Assembly: GCA_011109175.1 (NCBI GenBank)
Contig: RDEW01000026.1
Coordinates: forward strand, 823,695-887,694
Reading direction: 5' to 3'
DNA: 64,000 bases
Origin: Dicyema japonicum
Lineage: Eukaryota; Animalia; Dicyemida
Under the pieces are notes generated by a model, which worked only from the letters and a program-made list of their open reading frames with translations, did no database searches and was not told the origin of the DNA. Numbering within the stretch: the first letter of the stretch is position 1; every line of letters begins with the position of its first letter. Below are positions 21,969-34,551 of this stretch, piece after piece. Made by a program: the position numbers and the translations under genes.

Positions 21969-24900
21969 TCAATTCAGGAAGGCAAATAAATTAGCCATTC
22001 TAATAACATTCTGAAAATGAAGAGGGAGTCCAGACCTTCTCTCATTAGCAGTCAGGTCCATATTAAGCCACGAAAGCGCATTAAACTGTTCCAGCACGTG
22101 TCTCAACGTCTCAGTCGTCACTGTAGAGTCCAGTGGGTGCTTCCACTGACTCTTCGCCACAATCAGATCACTCTCACTCTGGTAAATCTGCGGGTACGTA
22201 TAGTGTAATCCCGCCCTCAAGACACGTGCACTGCCCTCAGCCAAATTTCCCCCATCAAAAAATCCCGGGTAACTCTCCACATGAGCTGTCGTCACAAAGT
22301 ACCCCACAGCCAACGGCTGCTGTTCAATCACAAACAGTTGTTCCATGCAGTTTTCCGTTTTCCGCGAACAAACCTCTCCCAAAATGTCCTCACCGATCTC
22401 AAGGAAGTCGTACATCGTCGCCTGTTCCCCCAGAGTTGTCGGCTAAAGTATTATCCCCCCTTACGATAGCATCCGCAGTCATCGGCAACACAGCGACGTG
22501 CGTCACACTACTGTCCCTCGGAGTCTGTAGCAAGTGGGACCCAAACATCGACTCTTCACGACTAGAGACATCCCAGAAGACCCTCAAACAGTCGTGTTGG
22601 TGCATCGAAATAAGACACACACTCAATAGCGAAGGTAGATCATCTACCGGGAGACAACTGCATAGTTTACAGCTGGACCTGAAGGCCTGTCCAAGTTTCC
22701 TCACACTCGACCGATTTACTAAACGTGCCCATGCTTACGTCAGCAATAATACAACCAGTCAATTCCTCATGGCCAGTCTCCCCATTTTAGCAATCACAAG
22801 ACGCCAGGGATGAGCACTTTTAAAGATGGCAGTCTGAATGAACGTCCACATCTTCGACAAAGCCGCCTCTATAAGCCCCACTCGGGTTCTAACATAAAAC
22901 CAACTAAATTACACGTCAGCAGCAGCTATGTTTATTATGGTGGACTCCTGCAGCTCCCCCGTTTCATCAGATATCGATACGAAGATTCCAGTAAAATTAG
23001 GGGATAGGGTGTAGCACAATGGAGGGTAAAGTCACACGTCTCCACTGACCGGTCGATCAGAGAGGAAATCATAGATTTTTTGGTCATAGTTGGCGCTAAA
23101 ATGAAGGGGATACTTTCATAGAATTTTCTGGAATGTTCTAAAAGGTTTATGTTGCATTACTTTCTTCAGGATGTTCAGTTCTTCTTTGGAAGATCCAATA
23201 TAGGTGAGGTGGTCTCGAAGATCATCTTGATTTGTGAGTATATAGAACAAGCAATGTTCATCATTTTTGTTCGACGTGAGAGATTGACCTCTTCTGAAAA
23301 TCCCAAAACTTGTTGTTTCTCAATAAACTGAATTAGGCACACTAGCTTACCTGTAGATTAACTTTATCCTTTAAATTAGGTGCCAAATTTCTGTTGATTT
23401 CAGTGAGAATAGTATTTGCAATACAAGTCTGATCAAAGTCATCAACAAAATAGATAAGAATGTAAGTAACGGCCTATAATATAACTACAACCAAACCTTT
23501 ATCAGTCACATTCTTAAACATTCGTTGGACAAAGGGGATAATATACAAATTGATTATCTTCACATAGGATATACACCGCCAATCCAATTTTTCAACTAAT
23601 AGTATAAAATAATAATAAAATTTAGTGTTAAAACTAAATTTAAGAACTAACCAAAATAAGCCGACAAATTAACTGAATAATCACCCAAATCAGTGTTCTC
23701 ATCAAATGCAATGATTTCATTAATTAATTCACTTTTAACAGGCTCACAAACTCCAAGATTTAGTCTCAAATACGTATTGGCCACCATTTTAAAGTACTCG
23801 CTGCACTTAGCTCTGCTCTCCCCTCCCCTCAACACCACAAAGTAATTCACTGTTGGTCGCCATTTTGTCGATAAATACGGTCCCAGCTGCATTCTGTCCC
23901 ATCCAACCATCGAATACGGACTAAACGCCACGTGCTTCTGCTCTACAGAGTATCCCAGTAAGTACGGGATTGGCAGAGGATGACATAGATCCTTCGAAGT
24001 CTTTATCAATGGTTTACACAAGGCTGTCCAATTCAACCTACGAACGTGCTTCCCAGAATGATAAGCCAAATTCTCATCGAAAAGTCCCTCCAGTCGTCTC
24101 ATTACCCCCATAGTGGTTACGGAATCCAATTCCGGCCCATTCGTGAAGTCAAACAATTCCAGACTCCGCAAAAGCTCTTCCATCCAAAACTGATCCACAT
24201 TTCCCGTCAAATATAGACGGATGGAACTGCTCACTGACTGCAAATACTCGCATTCCATACAAGTCCGTTCAATAGAGGTAGACTGGACATACTTTTGCGG
24301 AAATACAGTGCCCTTGATGCAATGTTCGGCAACAATCCTTGTCTTCTCAGTCCACAGTGTACAGTTTGGAGTCAAATTCCTAAAATTAATGAACCCTCAC
24401 TGTCTAAGACCAGCTTCGTCGGTGAAGAACATAGTGGATATTCGAGTATTGATTCTGTTTGCTGCCGCTGAGTAACCACACGTGCAGTTTTCTAGTCGGT
24501 TTGAGTGCCAACTTGAATATGACAGGTACCAAGGGGACTTTGTTGTCATATTACAAACACAAAGAGTGCTCAGATCAAAGTTGACGTCGGTAAAGAGGTT
24601 AAAGAGAGAGTCCTGGAGACCCACAAACACGGAAAATAGCGCATTTCCCATAATCAAATTCTGAGGTCACAACTAAACCAACCTGAACGGAGTCCTCTGT
24701 GGGGTGAACGATCTTGGGTTGAGGTTGTCGAGGAGTTTTGTTAAGCATATAAAAGTTAGCACAATCACGATGAATTTGCATCTTTATTGGGGCTAAAATC
24801 ACAAAACTTAGTACTCATCAACGGAGGGTTAACTCTGTAATGGGTGGACGACAGAGTTTGGCGATAAACTGGCAGGTTAACCATATTGGGCCTCCTCTCC

Positions 24901-26267
24901 TTGAGAGAGTAAGCCTCAGGACAGATTGTGAACTTCTTGGGGACTTTTAAAATCGTCTAACTAATGTTAGTATTATACATTTGATTTTATGCTTTTTTTA
25001 GTTTCTTCAGATTGTTTGAATTTAGTGTCATTATTATTTAATTGGCGATCAACCTGTTTTACATTAAATTTGGCGGATTCTTTCGTTTCATTAAGTATGC
25101 TTTTAATGTATTTCAGTCGACTCGACCTAATGGACACAAACTTTCCCCTCCTAACAGAATATGGAACTGACGAGGCTTTTGTAACTCGTTTTTCTGCTTT
25201 CCGACTAATCTTGAGTCTTTTAGTAGGAGACTTCGAGGGGGTAGTGGACTTTGAAACTGGTTTTACTACGCTTCTTTTCAGGTGACAGTCTACTTCGCAG
25301 CTGGAATTATTCTAAGAGACAACTTGCCACAACCACATTGGGAAGAATAGGGCTTTAGATTAGGAAGGGTTGGATCCTCTGATTTTTCTTCTTCCTTAGA
25401 CTTGAAATCCCCCATAATCAGAACCAAGGCTGCTGGGTGGATAATCTTTATGTTCTTGCCTATAATAAGCAATACAGGGACCGATTTTAATGTCCAGTAT
25501 AAGAGGGTTACTCTTAAAGTAGTTAGGCGGCAAATTAAAATGATTTGTCCAGTCTGCGTGCAGTGAAGCCACGTAATCTGGAGATAAGTTAGTCGCTGGT
25601 CCTATGCACGTAGCCACTACCCCCCAAGGAGCCAAAATTGCTTATGATTAATTTAGTGCACAACCTCTCTTTCCCTTTAAGCTCTGTTCTGACAGGTCGG
25701 TTGGGCTGATAGTTTTGTCCCGCCAAAAGTCATTAGAACAGCACAAACAGTCGTTTCGTGTAGAAAAAACCGAAATGAAAAGTTGACCTCTGACTTTTTG
25801 TCCACAAATCGGTGACCCATGCGTAGAAAGTCTAGTCCAAGAGCTCTAAGTATGAAAAAGTTAACAACTTTTCAATGGAGTTATGAATCGATCTAAACAG
25901 CATAATTCTGACCTCATATGGCATTCCCTCCTCCCAGCTGCCCTTATTGACCACTTCCTAAAGGTGACTGGGTACCTTGCAAATCTTTAGCCAACTGAAT
26001 TATTTTAGGGGGCATTTCTTGCCCCTGACAGAAGACCCACAGCTCGTAGTGGCCTTGTGCAAGCCTCCATGCAGCGAGGACGTTTTCACGGCGATATTCG
26101 TTGTATATTCGAATGACGGCGTCCCCAAGATGTTTGATTTGTTCGGATTGGTGTAGCGAAACCATTTGAGGTTGGGGAGTTCCATCTGAGTGAGAATATA
26201 AGGGCACCAGACTGAAGATGTTGGTCTGACAATGTTCTAGTGTGTTGTAGTTGTGAGATTTGTGCAT
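21969..26267 (-). CDS. MED13: Mediator subunit 13, compact and multi-exon
   Basis: N-terminus TLEHCQTNIFSL..VLAAWR..ELWVF; NLFTDVNFD..CVCNM..CTCGYSA; PLPIPYLLGY; C-terminus HPLDS..LRHVLEQFNALSWL..RRSGLP.H. Example intron 24380-24400 (21 nt). One ambiguous junction near 22420. Confidence 0.9.
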
Positions 26268-26384
26268 CACAGAGATATTACTAAAATAAATATTGACTAT
26301 TCAAATTTAAATCAAATTTAAATGTTTATTACAATCCCTTTAAATTTTAAATTATTAATAAGTTTATTTAAATAATCAGAACAT

Positions 26385-26860
26385 ACAGTTTAACCTCTAA
26401 TTTGGCAACTTAATGCCCCAAAATTTTTATTTGAGGTGGTGATGATGCCTCTATTGCACTATGTCTTATTCGTATTCTTTACCAACTTCTCCGTTCAGTC
26501 TGGGATCTTTTAATTGCAGAAAACTTAAACAGCCTTACAAGACACACCAACCATCTAACAAAATATGACATCTCTGTCTGCTGTCTACAAGAGACAAAAA
26601 CGACCGTACAATGTACAGAACTGTTTGCAGATTCCACCTTTTTACCTTCCCATCGGTCTGGCGACATTATGGTTTCGGATTTTCAGTCAACAGGATCTGA
26701 TTCACTGTGCTACAATAGTATGGCCAGCATCTGACATTATAATGGAAATGGTGGACACCTGGAGAACCAGCGCGCAACAGAAGATCATGGTCGGAGCTGA
26801 CGGAAAGGATGATTCGAAATACGGCACAAGAGAAACCTAACTAATTTTATGTTTTCTCGG
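26385..26860. mobile_element. Possible Tigger-like transposon end
   Basis: TA-CAGTTTAACCTCTAATTTGGCAAC at about 26385 resembles a Tigger TIR; no clear ORF. Confidence 0.3.
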
Positions 26861-27074
26861 GAGTGCTTTTTAATAGTAATAATAATTCCCTAAAATCAGA
26901 GGTATCCTCAAAACAGAGGTTTTTACCTCGATAATTAAGCAAAATGAACATTATTTTTAAGTCAACCAGAAAATTGCAATTTTCATTTTAAAAATTTCAA
27001 AAAAAAGTAATTGCAAAAAATTGCATTATAGAAAAATAAACAAAATTATTTTTTGTAATACAACACGTTGCTGG

Positions 27075-27808
27075 CTGACGAATGAAAGAAAATACCATGA
27101 ACAAAATTATTCTCTGCTTCACTTTCAATCAATAAAAGGGAAGCAGAGTTTTCTATGCATTCTTGGATAATTTTAGAGATATCCTTATATTCCATTATCT
27201 GTATATAGATGAAGCCATTGTAGTAATAATATTGTTTAAATCTTATTATACCTACAGAACATGTGCCATCTTCTGGAAGTAATTTTTTCTTAGGGGTTAT
27301 ATGATTAAAATTATTTCTAAGTTCAGAAAAAATGCTATCTGAAACTAAAATATATATCTAACCTCTTTCGCAAACACCTAACATATACACATCGGGATGT
27401 TGAACTCTTATTTCTTCATAACAGGGATCTACATAGTAATTGTATTTATTATAACGATCATTTGTAATTCCGGAATAAGGCTTGATGATGATAAAAAATC
27501 CTAACCATAGAAAATCCATTAAATAAAATATATTTACCATTTGATATTTTTCCGTCTATCCAAAAATTTATTATTATTATAGCTACTTAATAACCATACA
27601 AGATAAAAACTCAAGTTCAGAACGGCTATTAATGATCACCAGAGAGAGTTCAATAATGCGGATAGTATTGTTGATCAAATTCAAAGTCAGTGATGAAATA
27701 GCCATGACCTTCAAAGTTCGCCTTTATTTCACCTCGTACTATAAAAGTGTCAGCATCTATTTATATTTACCAGAAGAGTCAAAAAAAAATATAGAATAAC
27801 ATTGTCAT
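27075..27808 (-). pseudogene. C-type-lectin-like gene, copy C (more diverged 5' half, 3'-truncated)
   Basis: Same exon-intron pattern as copy A (FWIDG; VDPC..GVCER; YYYNGFIY..QECIENSASLLLIESEAENNFVH); frameshifts in the first exons; upstream 27810-28760 is homologous to 6460-6970. Confidence 0.75.
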
Positions 27809-27942
27809 CGTGAAGCGAAATCTGATTTATAAATGAAATCTATTTTTTCCTGGAATTTAAAAAATGAGTTCATGAATTCACTTAGTTTGTTAACATAAAA
27901 AGATTGACAGGTCTTAGATTGACAGGACAGGTATCTTGACTT

Positions 27943-28248
27943 AATAATAATAACAGCCTTTTCACGAGAGCCATAATATAGCTCCGCATAGGCAGGACAC
28001 ACACTTTATTTAAGTAAAGAACAGTTAACTAATCGTAGAACCAAGGAATGATCTTCACTTCTTTTTTTCTTTTTCTTGTGTGTGGGTCCTTTCTAGACAA
28101 TCCAGTTCCTCAGTGAGTATCCACTGATGACGGCGTCACTCGTAAACCCTTTTAGCATCGTAGATGCGTGGAACCTTCCACAAGGTGAACAGCAGCGAGA
28201 ATCGAACCCATAACCTAAGTCACTTTAGCCCGACACCTAACCACTATC
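27943..28248 (-). mobile_element. tRNA-derived SINE, copy 2, inserted upstream of lectin copy C
   Basis: TSD TCTTGACTT at 27934-27942 and 28249-28257; the homologous site of copy A (about 6575) is empty. Confidence 0.9.
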
Positions 28249-29417
28249 TCTTGACTTGTATCATTAAAATTATTCTGAGAAGATTATGAGTCCACCAGTT
28301 AAATAAGCGATGATCGACGAGTGACCTATATTTTACTAAATATGATTTATCTAAGATGGCTAATGTTGTGGATCAGTTTCGCCCGAAGAATCTAATCCCA
28401 TGAGAATTCCTTCAGAAATAAGTTTATTAAAACAGTAAAGTCGTTTATGGTGGAAAGATTACGTAAAAGGATTACCGGATCTTTTCGATAAGTTATTTAT
28501 TTTAAACTAAATGGGTGTCTTGACTGGTTTTCGTCATAAAACAATAATTCATAGAAGTGAATGTAACCTTATTCTTGGAAAATCCAAGAGCTGCCACAAC
28601 CTAGTTATTGATCAAGAAAATGTCAGAGGTGATGATGTGACTTTTATAAGAAATGTGTAATGCTTTATACGATCCGTTCAATTTTCCTGGTTTTAGTGCC
28701 CTTCTCCCGACTTTTTTATGGAAACTAATTTGTTTGAGACTCAGTTGTAGCATCCAATGTTTTAACTTTAGAGGAATGGGGAAATATATGAGTTTTGAAG
28801 CTTATTGAATAAGAATGACCTATTTAAACGAAAATCTACTTATTTCCTGTGAAATTCAAGGAAATTCGAAATCTTTAATATTTCGTTTAGTAGCTTAGTA
28901 ATACGTTTTTCGTTCTAAGGTTTTATTTTAGCTTCAAATTCAGCTTCACTATATTTGGAAGCTCAAAATATTATAAAGATAATATTCAACTAAATATCTT
29001 AAAGCTTTGATGCATTGATTGCACAGTTTTTGAAGAAAGGAGATAAATTTAAGCAAAGGTAATTGATCCTCGACTATGAGAAAAATCAGGAATCATTTGG
29101 TAGTCCAACCAGAGTGGTGGTTAATTGAACTCTAATTCTATTGATATAGCTTCTGCTCAAAATTCCGCATAGTTTTATGATGGATCGTAGTGGATGCATT
29201 TATTTAGATAAAATAATTCATGATGGGAGTAAAAATCTATCAAAATTAGTTTTCTGTGAATGGACGCGACCTATAAATCATGTATGTTGTTTCCATTAAT
29301 GGAGATATTTTTGGGATGAGATGATAGGCTACAAGAATTATTGGGGAACAGTCGTTACTTTATAAAAAATAAAAAAGGTAGGATATAAGGGAAACCAAAT
29401 GGTATTAACCGCTTTGC

Positions 29418-29585
29418 TTGACGAGTGAAGGCGTCATCAGTGAACATGATATGCGGAACCGGATGTTCTAAGAAAAGACCCACCCCAACAAAAAGAAAAA
29501 CGAATTGAAATGCATTCCTTGGTTTACTTTTATCGATTAGTTATGATAAATGTTCTTTGCTTTAAACAAAGTGTGTGTCCTGCCT
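29418..29585 (+). mobile_element. Diverged SINE-core relative
   Basis: TTGACGAGTGA.GGCGTCATCAGTG...TTCCTTGGTT...AAAGTGTGTGTCCTGCCT is collinear with the SINE body at 44924-45090. Confidence 0.7.
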
Positions 29586-29597
29586 GGAGGAGCGATA

Positions 29598-30300
29598 GCA
29601 AATCAACATCGTCTGGCTTGTTTGGTGTCAGCTTCAAGTGGAGGGAGTGGAGCATGGCTTGGTGCAATACTTTGCCCAAACCTCGGGACCTTTTTGGACG
29701 ACGATTCTTTGAGGATTGGAATCGGACAAAGGCTGGGACTAAACGTTTGCCAGGAGCACCGATGCCGATGCGGGAAAACAGTTGATGCGAAGGGACTGCA
29801 CCCGCTATCCTGCAGAAGAAGCGCCGGAAGAGGACCACGTCATGCTGCTCTGAACGATGTGATCGTCAGAGCTCTGAAGGCTACAGGCTTCCCAGCACAG
29901 CTTGAACCAGTGGGTCTTGATCGAGGATTTGGAAAGAGACCTGACGGGATGACCCGGGACGCAACTTGTGTAGACACGTTCTCAAGCACGAATATTTTCA
30001 AATCGGTTCAGACACCTGGAGCAGCTGCTTCGACTGCGGAGAACCTAAAAATCAAGAAATATTCTTGCCTCGGGGATCACTACCGATTTACTCCTGTTGC
30101 GACCGAATCATCGGGATCCGTTGGTCCAATGACAGCTGAGTTCTTGCGAGAACTCAAAGGATTGTTGCCAGAAAGAAAAGGGATCAACGAGAAGGGTTAG
30201 GGCTAAGACAAAAGATTTGAATGGCCACACTCCGAGGGAACTCGATCGCAATCCACGCAGCAGGCTTCCTCAACTGACATTTGTTTAATTGTTAAAAAAT
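29598..30300 (+). mobile_element. CRE-like element 3' fragment (RLE domain and tail)
   Basis: CRCGKTVDAKGLHPLSC..RHAALNDVI..KRPDG..DATCVDT; near-identical to 17033-17240 (inverted) and 52262-52690. Confidence 0.85.
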
Positions 30301-31444
30301 TATTTTATTTAAAAAAAATTTAATTGTATTTTAAAAAATAAACTGGTGTTTTGTGCTATTTTTTAAATTTTTTTTTTCGTTATTTTTTTAAACTTTGTTA
30401 TTTCTGGTTGCCATAATTATTAATCTAATAAAGTTCATGGTTTAAGCCAAATTTTGTAATTTAAAAATCTGACTAGATGGAATTAAAGCACTAGGCTCCT
30501 CCGTTTTAACGTTTAAACCTACGGAACCCCGCAAACGTGGCCATTCCTTAATTCTTCCGTTGATTAGATCTCCCAATTGAACTCTTTCTTCTGTTTCCCT
30601 TACAAAAAGTCATAAAACAATGAGAAGCATATTTTGAAATTATTCAATTTGCTTGTTAATAATCTCATGATCGACATACTTATGACGAATTTTCCTAGTT
30701 GGGGGACTCTGGTCCTGAAGATCAATTTGAATCATAAGGTTCTTGCAACAAGGTATTGCACCAGTCGGGGAAAAAATTTATTTTATACTTATTGCCAAAA
30801 AACAAACAAATTTTTTAGTTCAGCGTACGACTTTCCGATTGTGAAACTAAAGAAGAAGCCATATGTTGTCTGCTGCTTTTGGAAGCCTTTTCAGACGAAC
30901 CTTGACAAAAAATCAAAACCGAAGACGCCTATTCACAGGGATTGGAGGACACCTTCATTAAAACTGGTTCAATAGTCAAACAAAACAAACCAGATCTTCC
31001 TGTTTATAAAAAAACAGTTTTATATTCCTTCTTGAAGTGGGAATAACATCGTCAGAGAATTTACATGAAAGGAAACTCAGTCTCACTCAGTGCAGTCTTC
31101 GGCAAAGGTTGTCCCGGTAGTCCTCACTTGGGATGGTCTGGTGACATCTTACATTTCGAAATATGCAGTCTCTTTGAACATAAACGAGTGGACATGTACA
31201 TTTATTAAAGAAGATTTTGGAGATTATGATTGTCACATATAGACAACGAATCAGTACAGAATTTGCCAGTCGCAAATTGATTGAAGACATTTGTAACCAC
31301 CCTGATTTTTTTAAAGACCCTTCCCGTTCCTTTTGTGCCACCCCCACCTGACAAAGACGTAGTTATGTCAAATTTGAAACAACAAGCTATCAGTACTGAT
31401 AGAATGGTGGAAGAGACTTTTGAGTTTAATGTTATGTTGTCCAA

Positions 31445-31720
31445 TTAAGTCGTGTCCGACCCTTGGAGATCTCATGAACGAGTTTCCTCCACTCTCCCCG
31501 ATCCGTTGCAATTTGGAGTAGCATTGATATAGGCATTTCCATGAGGTCTTCCATCGTGGATAGCCACCGAGTCCTCGATCGGCCAGGTCTTCTCTTCCCA
31601 ATATATTGCTCAGCATAATGGTTCTTTCCAGGGAATCAAAGCGGACAACATGCCCAAAGAACTCCAATCTGTGTTTTACAATTCTTCCTTCTAGCGAAAT
31701 GTCCGTCTCTACCCGTTTGT
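31445..31720 (-). mobile_element. RTE (BovB-like) 3' fragment
   Basis: FFGHVVR..LERTIML; in shifted frames RPRTRWLST and GEWRKLVHEISKGRTRLN. Confidence 0.65.
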
Positions 31721-31759
31721 TGAATTTAATGAGTCTTAATAAAATGAAAGAGTTAGTTT

Positions 31760-32450
31760 TCGGTTAGATAATATTTTGTACACTATTATTTTTTTCTTTA
31801 ATAAAATTTAAAAAATGTTGATGTGACCCTTGATCTAGGTGAAGGTTTACCGGATATTGGGAATTTTTTTTCAATCTGATAGGCGATGATTTGACATCAA
31901 AGACTTCAAATATGTTTGATCTGTTTAACTTTGAATAAGAACGTTCACAACTAGCCATTGGGTATCCAACTGTGAGTAATAAAAGAATGCAAAAAGTTGG
32001 AAAAACATCCCAGCCAATATCAAGTAATAAAGCAATCCTTCGTATTTTTTGGAAGTTATGTTTTCACTTTGGATCCTTCGTATTTTTGGAAGTTATGTTT
32101 CGCTCCAAAAGTTCGGCCTTCAGCCTGTTTCCTAATTCATTTATTATTTCCTCAACTTTGATAAGTCTTCGTCTTTCGCACCCTCTCCAGGCATCATTTT
32201 CTTTTCCCTGACTCTTGCCAAGTGTACATTACACTTCAACGGTATTCTGATGCCGATCTGACAGCACTTTTACTGATCTCTTTAGATTCAAGGTCAATAA
32301 TTTTAATGTCATCGCTTAATAATTTAAGAGAAATAAATGTAAATGTCTCGGAATGAGAAAAATATCACAGATCCTTCAACAATAGGTCGCCAATTCTTTT
32401 TCTAACTCAAAATATGCTCTGAGATTCAAGAGAAACAAAAATAAATCAGT
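31760..32450 (-). mobile_element. hAT transposase C-terminal (dimerisation) remnant
   Basis: ASCERSYSKL resembles the hATC ASCERSFSKL motif; degenerate. Confidence 0.5.
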
Positions 32451-32477
32451 TTATTAAGGAAAAAAGTGAGCAAATGG

Positions 32478-32760
32478 TCAAATAGCGACCACCCTGACTA
32501 CGTGACTATTCCCTCTCAGGACGGTGAGCGAGATTCGCTCAAATAACCAGCAGCGCTCACGGTGTCTCCTGATCGTGTAAAAATGCGCTGCTGTGTGGTT
32601 TGTGGTGCATGACGGTTCGCTTTGCGGAGGCGCAACTCCTGAGTAGCAGTCTTTGCAACCGGGCAACCTCCATATCACGCGAGGTGACCAAAAGGCTCTC
32701 AGTTGATGCACTTCCTATCCTATCTTCCTTTGGAGTGACAACTGCTCATTCCGTGCTCTT
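32478..32760 (-). mobile_element. 3' end of a second CRE-like subfamily
   Basis: RERCWLFERISLTVLRGNS parallels REGLWLRQK..IAILRGNS of the other CRE copies. Confidence 0.6.
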
Positions 32761-32769
32761 CCCCGAAAA

Positions 32770-33420
32770 TCAGGGATTTTTCCTTTTTAGTGCATCAAGA
32801 TGCACGTGACCAAATTTCTGGCATCTGAAGCATCTGATTGCAGAGTCTTGATACCATTCACAGCGGAATTTCTGGAAACCAACATGTAATCCATCCTCAG
32901 CTCTTGATTTGACGACCAATTTTCCAACACTAAGTTGTAGCCGTCTTTCTTGAAGCGATTGAAAGAAAATCCTGGCTGAAGAGTCTCCAACAAGAATATA
33001 CGAAGATCTCCGTCTGTAACCCATGAGGGGATCCACCTCAGAACCACTTCAGCTGTGCGTAAAATCAGTGCTGAAACTCTGCCATCCAAACCAAACGGGA
33101 AACTTTTTTCAAGCTCCGTAGTAACAGCGTCACGGTCATTAGTATTGGAGAATTCAATTGTGAAAGAGCCGATTTCCTCAGGCTAATTCGAGCTTTACGT
33201 GCAATCTCCAAATTGGCCAGTGTGTTAAAACAATGAATCCTTCCAAACACAGGATTAGTAATTTCAAGAGAGACCACTCAGTCATATCCACATGCTGGTC
33301 AGCTGCTTCTAGAGATGAATTTCCATCACTTCGCTTAGGAATAACTCAATGTTCTTTTCCAAGGACTTTTCAATACTTTGGTCAGACACGACCTTTTTCT
33401 TTACAATAATATTCTTTCTT
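32770..33420 (-). mobile_element. LINE ORF1 (gag-like, CCHC knuckle) fragment
   Basis: VVLRWIPSWV and RCFRCQKFGH resemble the ORF1 at 46529-47404. Confidence 0.55.
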
Positions 33421-34551
33421 GGTGCTTTTCTCACAACAGGCATTACCACAACAAAACCACGTTTTTTATGGAAGCAGATATACTATTTATTCCACGTGAT
33501 TTTAATCCTAAAATGTCATCCAACGCACCCTCATTAAAAAGGAGTCAGAGTAATTCTCCCACTTAGTCTGGAATTTTCGTTTTCAGAAGCATGGTGAGCC
33601 GTTACTTCTTAATTCGGGACAACCAAAGCTCGATGTGAGCCTTTTGGTCAAACGCCGCTGCCATAAACACTCGTGCGCTAGTATTTGGAGTATCTTACAT
33701 TACAAAAGGATGAAGAAGCCGTTACTTATGGTAAACTTGTAAGTAAGCTTATGATTATGGCGATTTTTGTCAATAAAGTTAAAAATTTTATTGATTTTGA
33801 TTTTTTAATTTTTAGAGTTTTTGTTATTGATTTTTTTATTTTTAGTGTTATTCCAGTTTTAATCTGTCAATAAAGTCAATTTTTTGAATTTTAAACTCAA
33901 TAAAGTCCAATTTTAGGACAAAATTTCAAATTTATAAAGTCAAAAAAATTCCCCTACTTATAGCTCTTGGAGTATCTTTCAACTCTCTAGTGATGTTTTC
34001 CATTCACGTGAAGGAAGTGTTAACCAAAGGAAATTCAAAGTGAAACGTTTTAGAACTCATTTTAAGGAAGAGCTTCCTCCCAACCTACAGCTTGTATCAG
34101 CAAGCTTTTAGAGTTATAATCCCAACAATTGCATATGCTTGTTCCACCTGGAAACTCTCTCAAGATGAAAACCATACGGCTTATGCAATCCGAGCACATC
34201 CACCGCCAGTCTCCTTCAGAAAAGGCGAGGTTGAGAGATGACCAGTATTTCCTACGTTTCTGCAAACCATTTAGAGAAAGGATGGCTCACGGAGGAAATT
34301 TCGATCGACCACATATAAGGGCACCTCGAAAGAATTCCTCTGAGAAACAACAGAAAGCACTTCCGGAAAGCAGTTGGGTAGCTATAAGACGCAGGGGTCG
34401 CCTAATTAGTCAGTTTGACCTTTCTTGATGGTCTTAAATTTCTTAAAAATTAAGAATCAAAACAAATCCAACAATCACCAAAAAAGGAAAGATAACAAAT
34501 ACTAGTAAAAAGTGGTCAAAAAATAAGAGACACACATATATTAACATAAAG

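Noticed and set aside
22133-22813. 226-aa plus-strand ORF and similar antisense ORFs over PHF14, DDX55 and the LINEs
   Set aside because: Shadow frames of genuine minus-strand coding sequence with no recognisable motifs.
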